Under the pieces are notes generated by a model. It was not told where the DNA came from and ran no database searches. It saw only the letters and a list, made by a program, of their open reading frames with translations. Shown here piece after piece: positions 1-9,532 of a stretch of DNA of 62,961 nucleotides; the stretch's first letter is position 1; each line of letters opens with the position of its first letter. The stretch is taken from sequence record DRR723986_9837, one strand, 5' to 3'. The position numbers and the translations under genes were made by a program.

Positions 1-1248
1 CTCGGAAACGATGATTCCCATATCGACCATTGTGCCGATGGCGATGGCAATTCCCGCCAGCGACATAATATTCGATTCAACACCGACAAATTGCATGGCG
101 ATGAACGACATCAGCACGGCAGCAGGCAAACAAATCGCGACAATGAAGCTGCTGCGAATGTGGAGTAGGAACAGCAGGATAATGACGGCGGTAATGAGAA
201 TCTCATCACGCAATGCGTGCGTTAGCGTGGCCATCGTTTCATTGATCAATCCCGTCCGATCATAGACTCCATGAATGGTGACTCCCTTGAGTGCCGGTTC
301 GATTTGGGTGATCTTTTCCTTGACGCGATCAATGACCACGCGAGGATTCTCGCCGTAGCGCATCACCACGACACCGCCCACCGCTTCTGCTCCGTTGTAA
401 TCGAGTGCTCCTCGGCGAAAGTCCGGTCCAAGCTGTACACTGGCAACGTCCTGCACGCGAACGGGGACTCCATCGCGCTGAGTAATCACCGTCTCCTCAA
501 TGTCGCTGATGGCTTTTCGCTGATCACCGTCGGTTCCAAGAAAGCCCTTGCCGCGAACGATGTACTCCATGCCAGTCGTTTCGACGGTTTTGGCTCCAAC
601 ATCTAAATTGGAGCCTTTGATGGCTTTCGCCAACGCATCGAGTGGCACTTCATGAAAACGCAACTTGTCGGGATCAACTTCGATCTGATACTGGCGAACG
701 TATCCGCCGATGGAAGCGACTTCGCTGACTCCTTCAACCGCTTGTAGTTCGTACTTGATGACGAAGTCCTGCATACTTCGCAGGTCCGCCAAACCCATGC
801 CGTCTTTGGGTGGCTTCAAGGCGTAATAGTAGATTTGTCCCAATCCGGTGGCATCTGGTCCTAGTTGCGGAACAACTCCATCGGGCAACTGAGACGCAGC
901 TGTGCCAAGCTGTTCCGAAACGCGGCTTCGTGCCCAGTAGAAGTCGATTTCATCTTTGAACGTCACCTGCACAAAGCTGTAGCCGAACATGCTCTTGCCA
1001 CGAACCGATTCGGCCCCGGGCACGGCCAGCAGCGAAACGCTGAGTGGATAGGTGACTTGGTCTTCGATGTCCTTTGGTGATCGACCGGGCCACGGTGTCA
1101 GCACAATGACTTGGTTCTCACCGACGTTGGGAATCGCATCGATCGGAACGGACCGATATGCAAACCAGCCACCAACACTCATGCCGACCGCAAGCAAAAG
1201 GACAAGCCAAGGCTCTTTCACACAGAATCGAATGATGATGTTTAGCAT
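1..1248 (-). CDS. cusA: CusA-type heavy-metal efflux RND permease, 5' part (runs off the window start)
   Basis: Absent from the ORF track because there is no stop in the window. ATG at 1248 follows an AGGAG RBS. My translation gives MLNIIIRFCVKEPWLV..VPIDAIPNVGENQVIVLTPWPGRSPKDIEDQVTYP..LGPDATGLGQIYYY..NIMSLAGIAIAIGTMVDMGII, which are CusA-subfamily motifs. Confidence 0.9.
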   Translation of the reverse strand, partial: MLNIIIRFCVKEPWLVLLLAVGMSVGGWFAYRSVPIDAIPNVGENQVIVLTPWPGRSPKDIEDQVTYPLSVSLLAVPGAESVRGKSMFGYSFVQVTFKDEIDFYWARSRVSEQLGTAASQLPDGVVPQLGPDATGLGQIYYYALKPPKDGMGLADLRSMQDFVIKYELQAVEGVSEVASIGGYVRQYQIEVDPDKLRFHEVPLDALAKAIKGSNLDVGAKTVETTGMEYIVRGKGFLGTDGDQRKAISDIEETVITQRDGVPVRVQDVASVQLGPDFRRGALDYNGAEAVGGVVVMRYGENPRVVIDRVKEKITQIEPALKGVTIHGVYDRTGLINETMATLTHALRDEILITAVIILLFLLHIRSSFIVAICLPAAVLMSFIAMQFVGVESNIMSLAGIAIAIGTMVDMGIIVSE

Positions 1249-1258
1249 CTTGCTTCTC

Positions 1259-3460
1259 CTAGTTCGGCATGCGAGCAATGGAAGGAGCCGAATCAAGCTC
1301 AGCGATTGCCATGTCGCCAACGACTTCACCGCATGTCAGCATTTCGTCGCCCCAGTACGGATTGGCAAGTTCTCCGCCCGGCTGCATCCAGTCGCCACCG
1401 CCACCGGGCACCATCGGGCAGTAGTAGTGCGTCAGTGCTTTCGCAGTTTTGGGGCCTCGCACGTGGGTGGCTGCCCGAAGCATTCCATGACTTACCGCCC
1501 GGTAGGCTTCGCGGGCAGTTTCCAGCGAGCCATCCATTCGCATTGCGGCTCGACGTGATTTTGCGAGATGCTTCTGGGCGTCGTCGGGTACGTTGGCAGA
1601 CATTTCGAGACGGGCCAGTGAGTCCAACAGCGTGTTGAGCGCAACGGGCGGCGGTGTCAAATCCGCTGCCATTGCACATTGAATCTCAAAGTACGCGTCA
1701 TAAGCTTTGTCAAAGTCACTCGCTGACTTGCCAGCCAGCATGACCGGTTGCGAGTCTGGTAGTTCAAGCGGTCCCGGTGAATAGCTCGGCGCTTTGGACG
1801 GGTCCATCAAGGACGGGTTTCCAGCAAGTTGCATCTGCGAGTCGATTAGGAAGTTCCCACCCGTGGCAACAGTTTCGCCAGCGGCTAAGCCTTCGATAAT
1901 GACTGCCTCATCGTCATTCATCGGGCCAACTGCCACTCGGCGAATCTCGAATCGACCGGGTTCCGTCTCGATGTAGATCACACCGCTGTCTCCAGTTAGC
2001 AAGACGGAGTCACGCGGTACGGTTACAACTCTTTGTTCAGGCTGAGGCTCGGTGGCATACCCAAGCTGCACTGTGGGCACCAAATCCATTCCACATAGCG
2101 GGCACTCCCCCGGTTCATCGCGGATTACTTGGGGATGCATTGGACTGATGTATTTGCCGGACAGTGCCGGGTCATAAACCAGCTTCGCGGGTATCACTGG
2201 GACTGTAATGCGAGCCGTCGCGTAGTCTCCTGGCCGGAGTTTGCTATCGAAGTTCATTACTTCGACACGAACTCTCACGGTGCGAGTTTTCTTGTTTACG
2301 GTGGGATCGATGAATGCGACGCGTCCAGTAAAGACTTCACCGGGTATGGATTGAATCTCCGCTTCAACCTGTTGACCAAACCGAACTGTTGCCGCGTCGT
2401 CAGGGAACAGATCAAGCATCAACCAAACGGAAGTAAGGTCGGCAATGCGATAGAGCTTCTGCCCGGTCTTGACGTAGTCACCCTCAACGGTGGTTTTTTC
2501 GATTACGGTTCCGCTTTGAGGCGACTTTATTCGGATGCGTGATTGTGGCTTGCGGCTCTTGCGAAGTATTTCGATTTGTTCGGTCGTCATCCCCAATTCG
2601 CTTAGGTTTTCACGAGCCATGTCCTGCAGGTTACTGTCACCAATTTGGAAGCGTTTTGATGAACTCCCTTCGAGGCTGGTCACGAACTCCGTTTGGGCCG
2701 AATAGAGCTGCGGACTGTAGATTAGCGCAAGGTCGTCACCTTCACTGACGTGAACACCGGCGTAGTCGGCGTACATCTTCTCTAAACGTCCATCGATGTA
2801 TGCCGAGATTGTGGATAGTCTACTTTCATCGAAATCAATGGAACCGATGGTGCGAATCGTGCGAGTGACTTGCCCCATCTTTGACATCGCGGTTTGAATC
2901 CCGACGAGTCTGCGAGCAGACGCTTCGATTGTCACGGAGATTCCGTCACCGCCTCCACCGCTCGTCGCTTCGACGAGTTCCATTGCACAGACCGGGCACC
3001 TTCCCGGTTCAGTCGAAGGTGGAGTACACATCATGGGGCAGATATATCGCTTGTCTTCACCACCCCCACCTGCCTGAGCGCCGGTCTCATCGGAAGACCC
3101 CGAAAAGCCATCTGCCGTCACCCACTCAGTTCGTTGAGCGACTCCGAGCAAGAACAACAGCAAGGCTCCAACAGCAACAACCCCCATTGATTTCACGCCA
3201 AAGCGCATCAGCCATGACCATCCGCCAAGCTGAGTTTCGATATTTATGGACGAGCGATGTGCCGTCGGAGCATCTGCCGCAACGGCTGCGGCTACTTCTT
3301 CGCTTTCCTGACCGCTTTCACCGAGCGAGTTTTGAGCACCTTTCAGCTCTGGACTATCGGCCTCTTGCTTCTCAGGCGACGCTTCTTCAGTTGGCTGGTC
3401 TTTCGGCGGATTGACGGCGTCCTGCTCATCATCCGGTGTTGATTGTTCGTCGTGTGTCAT
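1259..3460 (-). CDS. cusB: CusB-type RND periplasmic adaptor with two heavy-metal-binding modules and a C-terminal DUF3347-like domain
   Basis: Membrane-fusion-protein motifs (GRLEKMYAD, IYSPQLYSAQTEF, TRTVRVR, LRPG, NFLIDS). Metal modules YICPMMC..CPVCAM and YISPMHP..CPLCGMDL. C-terminal YCPM..W.Q..NPYWG..MLTCG. Start placed at ATG 3460; the track start is 3526. Confidence 0.88.
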   Translation of the reverse strand: MTHDEQSTPDDEQDAVNPPKDQPTEEASPEKQEADSPELKGAQNSLGESGQESEEVAAAVAADAPTAHRSSINIETQLGGWSWLMRFGVKSMGVVAVGALLLFLLGVAQRTEWVTADGFSGSSDETGAQAGGGGEDKRYICPMMCTPPSTEPGRCPVCAMELVEATSGGGGDGISVTIEASARRLVGIQTAMSKMGQVTRTIRTIGSIDFDESRLSTISAYIDGRLEKMYADYAGVHVSEGDDLALIYSPQLYSAQTEFVTSLEGSSSKRFQIGDSNLQDMARENLSELGMTTEQIEILRKSRKPQSRIRIKSPQSGTVIEKTTVEGDYVKTGQKLYRIADLTSVWLMLDLFPDDAATVRFGQQVEAEIQSIPGEVFTGRVAFIDPTVNKKTRTVRVRVEVMNFDSKLRPGDYATARITVPVIPAKLVYDPALSGKYISPMHPQVIRDEPGECPLCGMDLVPTVQLGYATEPQPEQRVVTVPRDSVLLTGDSGVIYIETEPGRFEIRRVAVGPMNDDEAVIIEGLAAGETVATGGNFLIDSQMQLAGNPSLMDPSKAPSYSPGPLELPDSQPVMLAGKSASDFDKAYDAYFEIQCAMAADLTPPPVALNTLLDSLARLEMSANVPDDAQKHLAKSRRAAMRMDGSLETAREAYRAVSHGMLRAATHVRGPKTAKALTHYYCPMVPGGGGDWMQPGGELANPYWGDEMLTCGEVVGDMAIAELDSAPSIARMPN

Positions 3461-3698
3461 GGCAATTCTCGTGACGTACGTGTCCGCTGCACGAAGTGAT
3501 CGTGTGGTCGTGCTCGTGTTACGCAACCGGACAACGGCAGTCCTTGTCGCGCAGCATCAAGCTGCATGCATTATTTTGTGGCAAGCGGCATCGAGTAAAC
3601 GGAGCCCGTGCAATGTGTGCAGCCGGAGACTATCTTCAATGCACTGTGAGGCGGAGAAGCGTTTCGACAGGCGCGCAAGACTCCGCAAGGAGAGCGGG

Positions 3699-4295
3699 CT
3701 ACAGCCGCCAGACGCAGAAAGCAATCTGCGAGAAGTGAGGCTCAACCGGGCCGCGAGCATACTCGCAGGAACCCGAGCGAGGTGGTTGGACTGAAGTCGC
3801 AACATCAACGACACAGACAATGCTGAGCGTCAGTACGTCTCGCAACTCCGTGGCAGGCGAGCCCGGTACGGGTGCATTGAATGGCTCGGGAGCCATGATG
3901 CAATTGCATGCCGCCGCGATTGCCGCCAAATCAGTGGCTTTAACCTGCGCAGCGCTTTCGCATGATGTTTGCTTGGGGTGTCCAAGCAGGGACGCTTGAG
4001 GATCCGGGCCTTCTTGCAACTCCATTCCATCAAATGGATCGTCGGCAAAAGTCGCCGCATGGTGCTCCTCTTCACCGTGTCCGCAGCAACTGCCGTCATC
4101 TTTCGTGGCTTCACCACTGCAACAGGGGCACTTGACGGTTTCCGATTGCACTTTGCAACAACCGCAACCTTGGCACTTATATCCGGTCGAAACTCTATCG
4201 GAACAGTCCTGCTGAAGTCCGTACGCCAAGCTCGGCTGCATCGTTACGGCGACGATGAGTAAAAGATTGACGGCGATGTGGGTTGGACGGGCCAT
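3699..4295 (-). CDS. Cys-rich exported leader protein L1, upstream of cusBA
   Basis: Signal-like N-terminus, Cys clusters (CQGCGCC, CPCC, CNC), and C-terminus QPP..ARGP..FCVWRL*. Same architecture as four other leader ORFs in the window. Confidence 0.7.
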   Translation of the reverse strand: MARPTHIAVNLLLIVAVTMQPSLAYGLQQDCSDRVSTGYKCQGCGCCKVQSETVKCPCCSGEATKDDGSCCGHGEEEHHAATFADDPFDGMELQEGPDPQASLLGHPKQTSCESAAQVKATDLAAIAAACNCIMAPEPFNAPVPGSPATELRDVLTLSIVCVVDVATSVQPPRSGSCEYARGPVEPHFSQIAFCVWRL

Positions 4296-4335
4296 GTGAG
4301 TTATTCGGAAGTTTCCTTCAATCCGATCCGATGAT

Positions 4336-4352
4336 ATACCCTATGACGGTAT
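4336..4352. promoter_or_regulatory. CsoR/RcnR-type operator (ATACCC-N5-CGGTAT)
   Basis: Pseudo-palindrome TATACC-N7-GGTATA (4335-4353) between divergent L1-cusBA and tolC. Same format as the box at 6979 and as CsoR operators. Confidence 0.6.
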
Positions 4353-4447
4353 ACGAAGTATATCGGGTTTTCGGCCGATTGGTACAAGTCCAATTTGGCA
4401 CAACACGCAAGAACGCCATGTTATTGTAGTCTGCGGAGCAGCGATTT

Positions 4448-6085
4448 ATGGGATTCCGACATTCAAATCTACGTGCGAAAAGCCGGAAACGACTGCTACT
4501 TGCGGGACTCATCGCATTCTCTGCTAGCGGCTGTGCGACGACTCGCCAGGCTTCGCACTCCGATTCTTTGCACGCAAGGCCAGTGCCTCGGGCATCAGGC
4601 GCCAGCGCAGTTTTTACTGAAACGCAGGGCGCCCCCAAACGCCCCGCATTCAAGGCGAATACGCCAGTGCAAACGGTTGGGTTCGAAGACGAATTGGTGA
4701 TTTCGTCACCACTGCGACTCGCTCGACAGTCCGATGGATCCGCGAATTCGACCTATGAAGAGGCCGGAGAGGCTGTGTCGGATAAAGGTGAGACTGACGA
4801 AGGCGAAGAAACTAAAGATGGTGCCATTGGATTCGTAGAATCGATTCCTTTGGGCCTTGCCTCCAACGTCAAAGTTACCCGACAACCTGTCAGCTACTTC
4901 GTGTCCACAGCACTTGCTAATCATCCCAAGATTCGAGCGGCGCGCAATCGTACCGCGGCTGCTTCCAACGTCATTCCCCAAGCACGTGCACTGCCCGACC
5001 CAAAGTTCAACAACACGTTCTGGCCCATTCAGGATCAGGCTCTGCAAACCGCTGGTGGCCGCGTTGGACATCAGTTTCAGCTTTCACAAGGAGTGCCATG
5101 GCCCGAAAAGTTAAGCACGAAGGCGGCGATCGCCAGCCGCGAGGTTCAGATGGCTCAAGCCGAAGTGCAACAGATTGAGCGTGAGATCACTGAATCGGTT
5201 CGATTGGCCTACTACGAAGTTTGGTTCGCCACTCGAGCGATCATGATCATCGAGGAAACCCGCGAGCTGGTGAACGACCTGACTGACGTTGCGGAGGCTC
5301 GCTACAAGAGTGGTGGAACTCAACAGGATGTTCTGCGGGCACAACTTGAAGCGGATAGACTAGACGATCAGCTTGTCGGTTTGCGCAGGCAGAAGGAGCA
5401 AGCTCAAGCCGATCTCGCGGCATTGCTACAGCAGCCAGTGTCGCTCATTCCTGAAACACAACAGGACATCGGCCTGACCGATGCCCCGAAGCAGCTCGAT
5501 GAACTGCTCGGCCTTGCCGAACAGTGCAGCCCTGAGCTTCGAGCGTTGGCATGGGAGATTCAACGCGATCGGCAAAAGCAACGGCTAGCCTATCTTCAGA
5601 AGTACCCGGATTTCAATCTCGGGCTGAACTACTCGATCATTAACGATGATACCAACGTCATCAGTCCAGTCGCCAACGGGCACGACAACATCAGCTTCGT
5701 TGTTGGTGTGACGCTTCCGATCTGGCGTGAGAAAATCAACGCGGGAATCCGCGAAGCATCACATCGGACTAGCAGCACATCGCAACGACTCGAAGCTGAG
5801 CGTGATGCGATCCAAGGTAAACTTCGCCGATTGATGGCACAAGCCGACGCCCTAGTTGAGCAGGAAGGAATCTATGAGGATCGAATCATTCCCCGAACCG
5901 AAGACACGCTCAAGCTGTCGATCGCAGACTATCGTGGCAAGCGAACTGACTTCTTCACGCTGATCGAGACATACCGGGAACTGCTGATGTTCGAGACGCA
6001 GTTGGCACGTATAGAGGCCACGCTGGCTGGGACGATTGCTCAGATTGAACGCACCGTCGGCTGCCCATATGGCGGGGAGGGCTAA
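4448..6085 (+). CDS. TolC/CusC-family outer-membrane efflux lipoprotein
   Basis: Lipobox-like FSASGC. OEP motifs (ALANHPKI, ARALPDP, VPWPEKL, YPDFNLG, GVTLPIW, ADYRGKRTDFFTLI). Confidence 0.9.
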   Translation: MGFRHSNLRAKSRKRLLLAGLIAFSASGCATTRQASHSDSLHARPVPRASGASAVFTETQGAPKRPAFKANTPVQTVGFEDELVISSPLRLARQSDGSANSTYEEAGEAVSDKGETDEGEETKDGAIGFVESIPLGLASNVKVTRQPVSYFVSTALANHPKIRAARNRTAAASNVIPQARALPDPKFNNTFWPIQDQALQTAGGRVGHQFQLSQGVPWPEKLSTKAAIASREVQMAQAEVQQIEREITESVRLAYYEVWFATRAIMIIEETRELVNDLTDVAEARYKSGGTQQDVLRAQLEADRLDDQLVGLRRQKEQAQADLAALLQQPVSLIPETQQDIGLTDAPKQLDELLGLAEQCSPELRALAWEIQRDRQKQRLAYLQKYPDFNLGLNYSIINDDTNVISPVANGHDNISFVVGVTLPIWREKINAGIREASHRTSSTSQRLEAERDAIQGKLRRLMAQADALVEQEGIYEDRIIPRTEDTLKLSIADYRGKRTDFFTLIETYRELLMFETQLARIEATLAGTIAQIERTVGCPYGGEG

Positions 6086-6186
6086 GAAAGCGCGGCTCAT
6101 GCTCGGTGCTCTTCGAAGTTCGAAAGACGAAGCCGCTTTACCGAAGAATGAATCACTTACACCGTCTCGTGCGGATCGTCCGGCTG

Positions 6187-6789
6187 TCATTCCCAACCGA
6201 GCTTTGCTAACTCTTGGCGAAGCTCTTTTCTTGCGCGGTTCAATCGTGAACCAACAGTGCCCTCAGGGATGCCGACCGCTTTGGCGATCTCCTGATATGA
6301 CAGGCCACGCTGTTCCTTCAGCAGCAAAACGGCTCTGAGTTCTGGTTCCAGCCGAGACATGGCGGTTTCAAGTAGTTCAGCCTCCTCGCTTGGTCCGATG
6401 GGGTCGGGATCGTTTGTTTCTGGTTCGGCGAGAAGTGGAGCGGTTGAGCGTCGCTTGCTGCGGCGAAGGTGCTGCAAGGCTTCATTTGTTGCCAGCCGGT
6501 ATAGCCACGTTTCGAGTTTCGACTGGCCGTTGAACTGGTCGAGCTTGCGAAACATAGTCAAAAATACGTGCTGCGTTAGATCGTCGGCATCCTGCCTGCC
6601 GACCATACGGACCATCAAGCCGTAGACGTGGTCGCTGCATTGCTCGTAAAGCCGCTGCATCGCGCTGCGATCACCTGCGAGACAAGCATCGACCAATTGC
6701 TGTGTGGTAGCAATCGAATTCGACCGGCGAATCGTTGAGTCAACGTTCTGTTGGCTTGCTTCATCCAAATGCATGAACTCCGGTGTCAT
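6187..6789 (-). CDS. ECF (group 4) sigma factor
   Basis: Region 2 DADDLTQHVFL..F.GQSKLETWLYRLATN and region 4 GLSYQEIAKAVGIPEGTVGSRLNRAR. Confidence 0.93.
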   Translation of the reverse strand: MTPEFMHLDEASQQNVDSTIRRSNSIATTQQLVDACLAGDRSAMQRLYEQCSDHVYGLMVRMVGRQDADDLTQHVFLTMFRKLDQFNGQSKLETWLYRLATNEALQHLRRSKRRSTAPLLAEPETNDPDPIGPSEEAELLETAMSRLEPELRAVLLLKEQRGLSYQEIAKAVGIPEGTVGSRLNRARKELRQELAKLGWE

Positions 6790-6978
6790 TCACAACGAAC
6801 GTTCCTCTTAGCGAAGAACCCTCTTTGCTCGTCTGAGCAATCTCAGATTTTCGATTGAAGAAATCCGAATACAAGGCGTCGAAAGTTCCAGCACAGTCCT
6901 CAGGAATATACGCACGCTCATCGCCGCACCGCGAAAACGGGAGTCGATGACGCAACTCTCTGACTTTGCAAGAGTATC

Positions 6979-6995
6979 ATACCCTGATGGGGTAT
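6979..6995. promoter_or_regulatory. CsoR-type operator (ATACCC-TGATG-GGGTAT)
   Basis: Perfect ATACCC-N5-GGGTAT palindrome about 190 nt upstream of the ECF sigma gene, in the divergent intergenic region. Confidence 0.68.
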
Positions 6996-7252
6996 TGTAG
7001 GGTGTGCCCAAGTTCGCCGATTTGCCGTGCCCGATTGGGCCCAGTGGCCCCGATACTTATTGGCGTCTGCGCTGGAGGTTTCAACTGCATATAAAATGGT
7101 GGCCATGAATACGACTAGCCGCCGACGGGCGAGTCTCATCCTTACATATTCAGGTAGGCGGCGAGAATCCGCTGGGTGAATCTGCAGAGACGAAAAATCA
7201 ATTTTGCGGTTTGCGAAGACTGGTTCGTTGGTGCGGTGTAGTGAACCTAACG

Positions 7253-7281
7253 TTGACTCCGAAGCGTCGTTGGCCGATAAT
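7253..7281 (+). promoter_or_regulatory. sigma70-like promoter for the L2-czcBA operon
   Basis: TTGACT (7253-7258), 17-nt spacer, GATAAT (7276-7281), 40 nt upstream of ATG 7322. Confidence 0.5.
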
Positions 7282-7321
7282 CAAACCATCATCGACTGTT
7301 TCTCGTTTGCAGATCTTTGCT

Positions 7322-7708
7322 ATGTTCTTCCGTTTCATTCACCTGCTGACGTGCCTAACCGTGCTGGTTTGTCCAGCGATGGGTGGGACGTGTTGTGCAG
7401 ATGAGGACGATTCTAGGGTTGAACGTGGAGGCTGTGAGCATCATTGCTGCAGTGATGCGGATGGGGAACAAGCTCCGGTCGCTCCTGATTGTCCTGAACC
7501 GTGCCATGATTGTTTCTGTGCGGGGGCCTTGCCTCCGGGGTTCAATGCGTCGGTTGAACTGACGGATATGGTGGACACGCTCGCGATTGTTGCTGTCAAT
7601 GATTTGGCAGCGACATCCGTCACTCAGCGTCTCGAATTTTCTTCACGAGACGAATCGCCTCCGCATGGGCGAACGCTCCTAACGACTTATTGCAGGTTCC
7701 TGCTGTAA
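7322..7708 (+). CDS. Cys-rich exported leader protein L2
   Basis: MFFRFIHLLTCLTVLVCPAMGGTCCA..CEHHCC..CPEPCHDCFC..ESPPHGR..YCRFLL*. Start moved to ATG 7322, downstream of the promoter. Confidence 0.72.
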   Translation: MFFRFIHLLTCLTVLVCPAMGGTCCADEDDSRVERGGCEHHCCSDADGEQAPVAPDCPEPCHDCFCAGALPPGFNASVELTDMVDTLAIVAVNDLAATSVTQRLEFSSRDESPPHGRTLLTTYCRFLL

Positions 7709-7844
7709 GACGCTCTTTTGGCCTTTTTTTGGCTGCACTTCGTAGTGACTTTGGTTGCTTCGTGCTGCGCTGCTTGAGAACGGCCCGGTCGTTTGCTTGG
7801 GAACAAGCATCGTTTGAGCGTCACTCTTTCTTACAGCGGATGCA
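7691..7844 (+). promoter_or_regulatory. Predicted RBS-sequestering RNA stem between the end of L2 and the czcB ribosome-binding site
   Basis: GCTGTAAGA (7702-7710, includes the L2 stop TAA) is the exact reverse complement of TCTTACAGC (7829-7837). TCC/GGA and TGCA/TGCA extend the stem. GACGCTC (7709-7715)/GAGCGTC (7816-7822) is an inner pairing. The downstream ATG is at 7850. Confidence 0.6.
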
Positions 7845-7849
7845 TCACC

Positions 7850-9508
7850 ATGTCGGATGTCATGACTTCGCCGAAGGTCTCGGCAGAACCCATACCGGTC
7901 GATTCAGCGATCGACCAACAACCCACGCCCGATAGCGAGTCAACAGCAGCGGTGCGACCGCGAAACTCGCGTTTTCGGCGAGTGATACTGGCGATGGTCG
8001 GGTGGATTCCGTCGGTCTTGGTCGTCGCCGGGCTGGGAGCGTTGGCTTGGTATGGCCATCACAATGAATGGAAGTTGCCGCGTTTTGCGGCCACACCTTC
8101 ACCCACAATAACGGGGCCAGCGTGGTGCGACAGTCATGGAGTACCGGAAGCGGAATGCATCAATTGCGTTCCGGGTCTGATTGAAGACACGCCGAAGCTG
8201 ACGTTTTGTGATGTTCACGGCGTTCATGGCTGTGTGCTGCATGATCCATCACTCGCCGAGACGAAGTCACCTGCCGAAGTTACCGACAACGATCTTGCCC
8301 GAGCGGAACGGGCACTGACGGTTCGTCCTCGTCGAGAAAACTTGGCACTCAGTCAATTACCGGGTTCGCGAATTCAATTTGCTTCGCTCGATGCCATGCG
8401 GAGTGCAGGCGTTGACGTGGAACCAGTGCAGCGGCAGGCAATCATCGAAAGTGTCGAGACGGCGGGTGAAGTTCGCTACGACGCAACCAAGACAGCTCAA
8501 GTGTCTCCGCCTGCCGACGGAATTGTGAAGCAAGTGCGGGTGAATGTCGGTGATTGGGTGGAGGCCGGGCAGGTGTTGGCGGTTATTGATTCCGAGAAGG
8601 TGGGACGCTTGAAGTCTGAGCTTCTTTCTGCGTTGTCTGACGAGCGGCTGAAGCAGGACGCCGTTCGGCGCATCGAGCCGCTTGCCAATCGCAACGTCAT
8701 TCCCGGTAAGCGGTTGCTGGAAAGCCAGACTGAGCTTCAGCAGGCGACGTCGTTGGTGGAGAAAACCGTTCGGTCCCTCAGCAATCTTGGTCTGTCGGTT
8801 CATCTGGAACGCCTGCGATCACTTCAGCCGGAACAGGCGAAGGACGCCGTTCGCAAGTTGGGCACGGAGCAGATCGAGGAGCGGGACAGCGACAATCTGA
8901 TTGTGGTGATCGCCCCGTTGGCGGGCCGGGTGGTCGAACGTGAAACGGTTGTCGGTGAAGTCGTTGTTCGCGGAACTCAAATGTTTCGGCTATCCGATAC
9001 ACGAACGGTCTGGCTTGATCTTCGTGTGCCAGCCGAAGAAGCCTCGCTTGCGAAAATGGGACAAGAAGTTCGCTACCGTCCTGATGGACAAGCGACAGAG
9101 CATCGCGGCAAAGTCATTTGGATTAGTACGGACGTTGATCGGCAGACTCGAACTGTACGAGTGCGAGCGGAGCTTGAGAACGCAGACGGCAGTCTTCGCA
9201 ATGAGTCATTCGGATTGGGCCAGATTGTGCTGCGAGACGAACCGGATGCGATCGTGGTGCCGGACTCGTCGATTCAATGGGACGGCGAAAACACGCTGGT
9301 CTTTGTTCGCGACAAGCGATTCTTTGAAAAAGACCGACCGAAATTCTTTGTGGCTCGCTCGGTTCGCGTGGGAGTCAAGCAGGACGGGTTTATGGAAACT
9401 ATTGCGGGCGTGTTGCCGGGTGAAGTGGTCGCGTCCAGTGGCAGCGATGTGCTGCGGGCACAATTGCTGAAAAACAATTTGGGTGCAGGCTGCACCTGCG
9501 GTCACTGA
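7850..9508 (+). CDS. czcB: CzcB-type RND periplasmic adaptor with an N-terminal Cys/His metal-binding module
   Basis: TM anchor, WCDSHGVPEAECINC..FCDVHGVHGCVLH, MFP motifs (APLAGRVVER, TRTVRVRAEL), C-terminal GCTCGH. Start at ATG 7850. Confidence 0.85.
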   Translation: MSDVMTSPKVSAEPIPVDSAIDQQPTPDSESTAAVRPRNSRFRRVILAMVGWIPSVLVVAGLGALAWYGHHNEWKLPRFAATPSPTITGPAWCDSHGVPEAECINCVPGLIEDTPKLTFCDVHGVHGCVLHDPSLAETKSPAEVTDNDLARAERALTVRPRRENLALSQLPGSRIQFASLDAMRSAGVDVEPVQRQAIIESVETAGEVRYDATKTAQVSPPADGIVKQVRVNVGDWVEAGQVLAVIDSEKVGRLKSELLSALSDERLKQDAVRRIEPLANRNVIPGKRLLESQTELQQATSLVEKTVRSLSNLGLSVHLERLRSLQPEQAKDAVRKLGTEQIEERDSDNLIVVIAPLAGRVVERETVVGEVVVRGTQMFRLSDTRTVWLDLRVPAEEASLAKMGQEVRYRPDGQATEHRGKVIWISTDVDRQTRTVRVRAELENADGSLRNESFGLGQIVLRDEPDAIVVPDSSIQWDGENTLVFVRDKRFFEKDRPKFFVARSVRVGVKQDGFMETIAGVLPGEVVASSGSDVLRAQLLKNNLGAGCTCGH

Positions 9509-9532
9509 GCCTGCCGAAAGGGAATTCCCACG

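Noticed and set aside
11-1558. Short plus-strand ORFs at the window start
   Set aside because: Antisense to the minus-strand cusA and cusB.
5852-6196. ORF overlapping the ECF sigma stop as the missing anti-sigma factor
   Set aside because: No ZAS motif or TM helix, and it is mostly antisense to tolC.
6860-6890. GGAACTT upstream of the sigma gene as an autoregulatory ECF promoter
   Set aside because: No convincing -10 element at the expected spacing, and I could not find a matching copy upstream of the other operons.
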